IMG/VR virus record: IMGVR_UViG_3300001336_000002
Span: 1 to 64,000 of that record
DNA: 64,000 nt
Source of the DNA: a virus
Direction: 5' to 3' (one strand)
In this document: positions 57,983-64,000 of the stretch, in pieces
Position numbering within the stretch: the first letter of the stretch is position 1
Layout: the number at the start of each line of letters is the position of its first letter
The notes under the pieces: model-generated
What the model saw: the letters and a program-made list of their open reading frames with translations, nothing else
What the model was told of the DNA's origin: nothing
Database searches by the model: none
Program-made: the position numbers and the translations under genes

Positions 57983-58900
57983 ATGACAAAAAGATTCCTA
58001 GTCCCTATTAGTACAGACCACGTTGACTTCAACACAGATAATTCTTTTGAAAATACAACGGGGAGATTAAGATGGAACTCATCTGAGGGAACTCTAGATT
58101 TAGGGTTGTCTCCCACAAAAGAGATACATATTGGGCAAGATGCGGTATATAGGGTAAGAAACTCTACAGGTTCAATAATCTTAAAAGGAACTGCGCTATA
58201 CGCTTCTGGAGTTGAGCCCTCTGGAAGGATAGATGTTTCTCCATATGTTGCTGACGGATTGATTAGAGAAGTTAGATTTATGGGTCTTGCAACAGAAAAC
58301 ATAAGCAATGGTGTTAACGGATTTGTTCAGCATTTTGGATATCTTAAGGGCTTGGACACAAGAGGTACTGAAGAGACTGCAATATCTGTGGGTGATGAAA
58401 CATGGGCTGCTGGAGATATTCTTTATGTACATCCAACTGTTCCGGGAAAACTTACAAATGTCAGGCCACAGCATGAAATCATTGTTGCACTTTTAATTAA
58501 TAGACATCAATCAAGCGGGATACTTTTTGTAAGACCATCTACTCACGGCCATATTGATGACATTCACGATATTGAATTAACAAATCTACAAGACAAAGAC
58601 ATACTTTCCTATAATTCTACGTCTGGGTTATGGGAAAATGGTCAGCCAGATACCATCGTTCCATCTGGATCATCATATCCAGTATCTGATCTAGTTAATG
58701 GACAACTCTTTTATAATGTTACAAACGGAAGAACAGCAATACATTTTGATAATATATGGAAAGAATTTGCCTACGTTGGAGATACGGCGGTACTTGATAA
58801 TGGAAATTCTGGAACTACGGTATTCTCAGAAACAATAGATGGTGGCAACTCTTCAACAACAGTTTTCGTTGGACAATATGATGGAGGTACAAGCATTTAG
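57983..58900 (+). CDS. Tail fibre/structural protein
   Basis: VRNSTGSIILKGT..DDIHDIELTN..LSYNSTSGLWEN; DGG repeats at C-terminus. Confidence 0.65.
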   Translation: MTKRFLVPISTDHVDFNTDNSFENTTGRLRWNSSEGTLDLGLSPTKEIHIGQDAVYRVRNSTGSIILKGTALYASGVEPSGRIDVSPYVADGLIREVRFMGLATENISNGVNGFVQHFGYLKGLDTRGTEETAISVGDETWAAGDILYVHPTVPGKLTNVRPQHEIIVALLINRHQSSGILFVRPSTHGHIDDIHDIELTNLQDKDILSYNSTSGLWENGQPDTIVPSGSSYPVSDLVNGQLFYNVTNGRTAIHFDNIWKEFAYVGDTAVLDNGNSGTTVFSETIDGGNSSTTVFVGQYDGGTSI

Positions 58901-58934
58901 AACAATAAATGTTATAATATAATGGAGGATTACA

Positions 58935-61547
58935 ATGGCTACGCTTATACAAATTAGAAGAGATACCCAGACAAATTGGACAACAAATGATCCAATATTA
59001 GCATCTGGTGAAATTGCCTTTTCTACCGATCAATATAAAATTAAAATAGGTGATGGAACTTCTAATTGGTCTGCCCTCGCTTATATGACTGCAACACCCA
59101 CAGAAATTACAAATCAAATTAATGCAGCAGTAGCAGGAATTATTGACGCAGCCCCCGCAGCCCTAGACACTTTAAATGAACTAGCAGCCGCGCTTAACGA
59201 TGATCCAAATTTCTTTACTACAGTTGCCAACAATCTCTCTAATCACGAATTGGATTCCACCAATGTTCACGGCATTGAAAATACGGCAGATCTAGCAACA
59301 AAGAACTACGCCGACACTGCTGTGTCAACGCATAATAGCGACACTACAAGCGTTCACGGAATATCAAATACCGCCAATCTTGTTTATACAGATGATTCAA
59401 GGCTCTCTGACGCAAGAACTCCAACATCTCATAACCACACAACATCTGAAATTACTAATTTTACAGAAGACGTAGAAGATGTTGTAGGTGGTATGGTATC
59501 AAACAATACGGAGTCTGGGATTTCCGTTACATATGACGATGAAGCAGGAAAACTAAACTTTAATGTAAACGATCCAACCATTACTCTTTCTGGGGATGTT
59601 TCTGGCTCTGCTACGATGACTGATTTAGGAAACGTAACCATTACTGCCACCGTCGCAGATGATAGTCATAATCACATTATTGAAAATGTAGATGGGCTAC
59701 AAAACGCGCTTGATACCAAGTTAGACTCAGCATCCTACACCGCTTCAGACGTTTTAACAAAAATTAAAACTGTAGATGGATCTACTAGTGGACTAGACTC
59801 CGACTTGCTTGACGGACAGGAAGGATCTCACTACCTAGACTGGACAAACACCACAAACAAACCAGACCCTGTAATAACTCTGGCAGGAGATTTAAGTGGA
59901 TCAGTAACACTTACAGACTTAGAAAGTGGAACTCTTACAGCCACTATAGTTGCAGATTCGGTTGCTCTAGGAACAGATACCACGGGTAATTATGTGGCAA
60001 CCGTAGCAGGAACAGATGGAGTTTCTGTATCTGGATCAGGGTCTGAAACCGCTGACGTTACAATAGCAAACACCGATAAAGGATCTTCACAAAATATATT
60101 TAAAAATGTTGCAGTATCTGGTCAATCTGATATAGTTGCAGACTCCAACAATGATACTCTTACTGTTTCGGGTGGAACAGGCATATCTTTAACAACAAAT
60201 GCAACAACCGATACCCTTACCGTTACAAACTCTGGAGTAACCTCTCTAACAGGAACGTCCAACCAGATATCAGTTTCTGATTCTACTGGATCAGTAACCC
60301 TTTCTACTCCACAGAACATTGATTCTTCTGCAAGTCCAACATTTGCTGGTGCCACTCTTGACTCAATAAAGGTCGGTATGACAAATGCTAACGAAATTGA
60401 TACAACATCAGGAAATCTTATTTTGGATTCCGCTGGAGGAACTGTAGAAATAGATGACAACCTGATTGTTTCAGGAGATTTTACAGTTAATGGATCTACC
60501 ACCACGATCAATGCAACCACCATTACAGTAGATGATAAAAATATTGAACTTGGATCTGTAGATAACCCAACTGACACTGCCGCAAATGGCGGAGGAATTA
60601 CTCTTAAAGGAACAACAGACAAAACATTTAATTGGTCTGATGCTACAGATTCCTGGACTTCATCAGAGCATATTGACCTAGTTAGTGGAAAAGTATTAAA
60701 AATTAATGGATCTCAGGTTCTTTCTGCAACAGAATTTGTTGGAAATTCGGCAACCGTTACTGATGGCGTTGTTACTACTGGTTCATATTCTGATCCCTCC
60801 TGGATTACAGGTCTGTCATGGAGTAAAATTTCTTCTACTCCAACAACTCTTTCTGGGTATGGCATTAGTGATGCACAGCCCCTGGACACCGAACTAACGG
60901 CTCTTTCTGGACTAACGTCTGAAGCAGACGCGCTACCTTATTTCACGGGAGCGGGAACAGCAGCAATAACAATGTTCACCTCCTTCGGCAGATCATTAGT
61001 AGACGATGTAGATGCTGCTACTGCAAGATCAACAATGGGTATTGGAAATGTAGAGAATGTCGCACTGTCAACATGGGCGGGAAGTACAAGCGTCACTACT
61101 CTAGGGACAATAGTTACTGGAACATGGAACGGATCAGTTATTGGAGATTCATACATAGATTCTGGAATTGCAAGACTTGCTTCACCATCATTTACTGGAT
61201 CTATTACATTAGATTCAAAGGCAAATGTAGATACAACAAGTACAACTATTTCTGCAACTACCGCCACAACTATCGATACTCTAAGTGCTTCTTCATACAG
61301 AAGCGCAGAGTATTTGGTACAAGTAACACAAGATACAAAGCAAACAGTATCAAAAATTATCATGATTCATGATGGAACTACCGCCAATATTTCAGAATAC
61401 GGTGTCATTGAATTAGGAGGAACGAGAATTCCTCTTACACTCTCTGCCACCATTTCTGGAACAGACGTACTTCTGCAAGCAACTATTACAGATGCCGATA
61501 CTACAAATGCGACGGTAGAAGTAGTTAGAACAGCAATTGTGCTATAA
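58935..61547 (+). CDS. Long tail fibre protein with Mtd N-terminal-like domain
   Basis: IQIRRDT..W...PILASGE..KIKIGDG..W..LAY; APAALDTLNELAAAL. Confidence 0.8.
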   Translation: MATLIQIRRDTQTNWTTNDPILASGEIAFSTDQYKIKIGDGTSNWSALAYMTATPTEITNQINAAVAGIIDAAPAALDTLNELAAALNDDPNFFTTVANNLSNHELDSTNVHGIENTADLATKNYADTAVSTHNSDTTSVHGISNTANLVYTDDSRLSDARTPTSHNHTTSEITNFTEDVEDVVGGMVSNNTESGISVTYDDEAGKLNFNVNDPTITLSGDVSGSATMTDLGNVTITATVADDSHNHIIENVDGLQNALDTKLDSASYTASDVLTKIKTVDGSTSGLDSDLLDGQEGSHYLDWTNTTNKPDPVITLAGDLSGSVTLTDLESGTLTATIVADSVALGTDTTGNYVATVAGTDGVSVSGSGSETADVTIANTDKGSSQNIFKNVAVSGQSDIVADSNNDTLTVSGGTGISLTTNATTDTLTVTNSGVTSLTGTSNQISVSDSTGSVTLSTPQNIDSSASPTFAGATLDSIKVGMTNANEIDTTSGNLILDSAGGTVEIDDNLIVSGDFTVNGSTTTINATTITVDDKNIELGSVDNPTDTAANGGGITLKGTTDKTFNWSDATDSWTSSEHIDLVSGKVLKINGSQVLSATEFVGNSATVTDGVVTTGSYSDPSWITGLSWSKISSTPTTLSGYGISDAQPLDTELTALSGLTSEADALPYFTGAGTAAITMFTSFGRSLVDDVDAATARSTMGIGNVENVALSTWAGSTSVTTLGTIVTGTWNGSVIGDSYIDSGIARLASPSFTGSITLDSKANVDTTSTTISATTATTIDTLSASSYRSAEYLVQVTQDTKQTVSKIIMIHDGTTANISEYGVIELGGTRIPLTLSATISGTDVLLQATITDADTTNATVEVVRTAIVL

Positions 61548-61581
61548 TAAAAATAAATAAACAAAGGGGATAGTGAACCTT

Positions 61582-62139
61582 ATGGCAGATAAGAACTTCA
61601 AAGTAAAGAATGGTCTAGAAGTGGGAGACCATGATATTGTTACTCCTGATGGAACAATAACTCTTCCTAATGGAACCCATACTCTTGTACCTTCCGACTC
61701 TCCTACTCTTACGGGAACTGTAGGCCTTCCTTCAACAACCTCTATCGGAAATGTTTCAGACACCGAAATTGGATATTTAGATGGCGTTACGTCTGCTATT
61801 CAAACACAGTTAGACTCTAAAGCAGGTTCTTTAGTATCCATAAATACTCAAACTGGAACGTCTTATACATTAGCACTATCAGATTCTAATAAATTAGTAG
61901 AAATGAATAATGCTGCTGCGAATACTTTAATTATTCCACTCAATTCTAGTGTTGCTTTTCCCATTGGAACTAAGATTGATTTTATTCAAACTGGAGCAGG
62001 AGAAACATCTGCATCTCCAACATCTGGTGTTACCTTGAATTCAGATACTGATAAACGTACAATTAATGCACAATGGGCAGCGGCATCATTGATCAAGCGT
62101 GGAACAGATACCTGGGCACTTATTGGAGCATTAAAGTAA
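61582..62139 (+). CDS. Tail fibre-associated protein
   Basis: DKNFKVKNGL; TEIGYLDGVTSAIQTQLDSK; QTGTSYTL..LIKRGTDTW.LIG. Confidence 0.7.
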   Translation: MADKNFKVKNGLEVGDHDIVTPDGTITLPNGTHTLVPSDSPTLTGTVGLPSTTSIGNVSDTEIGYLDGVTSAIQTQLDSKAGSLVSINTQTGTSYTLALSDSNKLVEMNNAAANTLIIPLNSSVAFPIGTKIDFIQTGAGETSASPTSGVTLNSDTDKRTINAQWAAASLIKRGTDTWALIGALK

Positions 62140-63158
62140 TGAGTTTGTGGTTGGGTATATTGTCCGGTCAAATTTCTTCTACTGCTTTGCAAGAAAATAT
62201 TGCGGTATCGCACCAACTCAGTCCCTTCATCACCGTCTATCCTTGGAGTTCAGGCTTTGGCACCAAGTATGCCGATCCTGCTATATTGCCTTCCTCCGCT
62301 GGTTTCTCCACAGCATTTTCACCATCAGGCAATGATCTTGCGGTAGCGCACGACCTCGGTCCCTACATCACCGTCTATCCTTGGAGTTCAGGCTTTGGCA
62401 CCAAGTATGCCGATCCTGCTATATTGCCTGGTTATTACGGTTTCTCCACAGCATTTTCACCATCAGGCAATGATCTTGCGGTAGCGCACGACTTCTCTCC
62501 CCGCATCTCCGTCTATCCTTGGAGTTCAGGCTTTGGCACCAAGTATGCCGATCCTGCTATATTGCCTTCCTACACTGGTCTCTCCACAGCATTTTCACCA
62601 TCAGGCAATGATCTTGCGGTAGGGCACCGATTCAGTCCCTACATCTCCGTCTATGCTTGGAGTTCAGGCTTTGGCACCAAGTATGCCAATCCTGCTATAT
62701 TGCCTTCCTACACTGGTCTCTCCACAGCATTTTCACCATCAGGCAATGATCTTGCGGTAGCGCACGGATTCAGTCCCTACATCACCGTCTATCCTTGGAA
62801 TGCAGGCTTTGGCACCAAGTATGCCGATCCTGCTATATTGCCTTTCTACACTGGTCTCTCCACAGCATTTTCACCATCAGGCAATGATCTTGCGGTAGCG
62901 CACGAATACGCTCCCAACATCACCGTCTATCCTTGGAATGCAGGCTTTGGCACCAAGTATGCCAATCCTGCTATATTGCCGACGGGTTACGGTTTCTCCA
63001 CAGCATTTTCACCATCAGGCAATGATCTTGCGGTAGCGCACCGACTCTCTCCCCACATCACCGTCTATCCTTGGAGTTCAGGCTTTGGCACCAAGTATGC
63101 CAATCCTGCTATATTGCCTGCTTCTTACGGTTTCTCCACAGCATTTTCACCTAACTAG
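62139..63158 (+). CDS. Seven-bladed WD40-like beta-propeller, probable receptor-binding protein
   Basis: Seven 46-aa repeats (AFSPSGNDLAVAH..SP.I.VYPW) after short N-terminal adaptor. Confidence 0.8.
   Translation: MSLWLGILSGQISSTALQENIAVSHQLSPFITVYPWSSGFGTKYADPAILPSSAGFSTAFSPSGNDLAVAHDLGPYITVYPWSSGFGTKYADPAILPGYYGFSTAFSPSGNDLAVAHDFSPRISVYPWSSGFGTKYADPAILPSYTGLSTAFSPSGNDLAVGHRFSPYISVYAWSSGFGTKYANPAILPSYTGLSTAFSPSGNDLAVAHGFSPYITVYPWNAGFGTKYADPAILPFYTGLSTAFSPSGNDLAVAHEYAPNITVYPWNAGFGTKYANPAILPTGYGFSTAFSPSGNDLAVAHRLSPHITVYPWSSGFGTKYANPAILPASYGFSTAFSPN
62201..63155 (+). repeat. Tandem 138-bp repeat, 7 copies (last truncated)
   Basis: Units start at 62201, 62339 and every 138 nt thereafter; framework nearly identical at nucleotide level. 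Confidence 0.95.
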
Positions 63159-63172
63159 AAGAAAGATCAATA

Positions 63173-64000
63173 ATGAAAAAAATCTATTATATGTCAGGGC
63201 TTCCAAGATCTGGAAGCACATTAATTTCATCTATATTAAATCAAAATACAAATATTTATGCATCAAGCAATTCTTCTATTGTTCCATTAGCCGCGATAGT
63301 TGAGGCTAGCATTCTTGCATCAGAGTCATACAATGCTCACCCCCGACCAAAAGTTATCAAAAAAACGGTGTCTGGAGTAATAGAAAACTTCTACTCAGAT
63401 AGAAAAGAAGAATACATCATAGACAAATCACGATTAGTCACTATTCCCGAGCATTTTAGATGTATCCAGCGGAACTTTGACTATAAACCAAAGGTTATTA
63501 TCCCTGTACGGAATGTGACAGATGTACTAGCGTCATTCTTAAAATTAGTGTATAAGACTCCATCAGATCAAGATAACTTTATTGATAAAGATATAGCAAC
63601 ATTAAACGACATTAATCTATATCTGTCAAAAGATGATACTCGTGTAGAGCATCTTATGAAACCAAAAGGAATGATAGATAATCAACTATATGGCATAGCA
63701 TTTATGCTCCAGCCAGAATTTAGAAAGTATGCACATTTTATTGAATATGATAGTTTAATGTCAGATACGCGGGGGGAGATAGAAAAACTCTACTCCTTCC
63801 TTGAAATAGAACCATTTGAGCATAACTATGACAACATTAAGAATGTTACTCCAGAAAATGATAAGGTATACGGTGTAGTCAATATGCATACAGTAAGAAA
63901 AACTATTTCACCCAGCACCACCAACGCCAAAGCAATTTTGTCTGAATATGCCTATAATAAATACAGTAATTTAGAATTTTGGCGGCAAGCATTAGGATAC
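63173..64000 (+). CDS. Sulfotransferase-family protein (3'-truncated, not in ORF track)
   Basis: MKKIYYMSGLPRSGSTLISSILNQN PAPS-binding motif. Confidence 0.8.
   Translation, partial: MKKIYYMSGLPRSGSTLISSILNQNTNIYASSNSSIVPLAAIVEASILASESYNAHPRPKVIKKTVSGVIENFYSDRKEEYIIDKSRLVTIPEHFRCIQRNFDYKPKVIIPVRNVTDVLASFLKLVYKTPSDQDNFIDKDIATLNDINLYLSKDDTRVEHLMKPKGMIDNQLYGIAFMLQPEFRKYAHFIEYDSLMSDTRGEIEKLYSFLEIEPFEHNYDNIKNVTPENDKVYGVVNMHTVRKTISPSTTNAKAILSEYAYNKYSNLEFWRQALGY

Noticed and set aside
153-61763. Numerous antisense ORFs inside long genes (e.g. 5209-5547, 8288-8725, 50449-50967, 57137-57607, 60122-60622)
   Set aside because: Shadow frames of well-supported genes on the opposite strand
62201-63155. 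138-bp repeats as a CRISPR array
   Set aside because: Repeats are in-frame coding units with no unique spacers
1-64000. Prophage/temperate module or bacterial chromosome segment (given DnaA and LexA boxes)
   Set aside because: No integrase, repressor or host housekeeping context; all flanking genes are phage-like, though the rest of the genome is unseen

Overview
This window is about 64 kb of a large tailed dsDNA phage, most likely infecting Actinobacteria (two WhiB genes, a DUF732-like lipoprotein, r1t-type holin, leaderless genes, actinobacterial regulatory motifs). No integrase, CRISPR array or reverse transcriptase is visible. The + strand carries tail genes (1-3.5 kb) and a replication/recombination block (DnaB, primase, SSB, DnaE, MazG, RecA, Cas4-like nuclease, RuvC-like resolvase). 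It continues with terminase, lysis enzymes, tRNAs, glycosyl/methyltransferases, SpeD, GuaB-like and many small ORFs up to about 39.1 kb. From about 39.4 to 52.7 kb is a minus-strand island of small, probably early genes, followed by holin/ThyX and tail-fibre genes (55.7-63.2 kb). Strongest unexpected signals: (1) eleven promoters in the island with the exact TGTCRG-N10-TANNNT geometry of actinobacterial PafBC (RecA-independent DNA-damage) promoters, interleaved with LexA-type boxes, a repeated GTTG-N5-CAA palindrome and GC-rich cores, and bounded by six DnaA boxes; (2) a ~620-nt ORF-poor structured RNA region, three covarying pseudoknots and an Arg(UCU) tRNA-like gene with an apparently rearranged D-loop; (3) a 7-repeat beta-propeller gene whose repeats differ almost only at NNY codons in two loops; (4) three unrelated small proteins sharing a C-terminal KxxWxGxFD tag. 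All protein calls are from motif recognition only; no searches were run.
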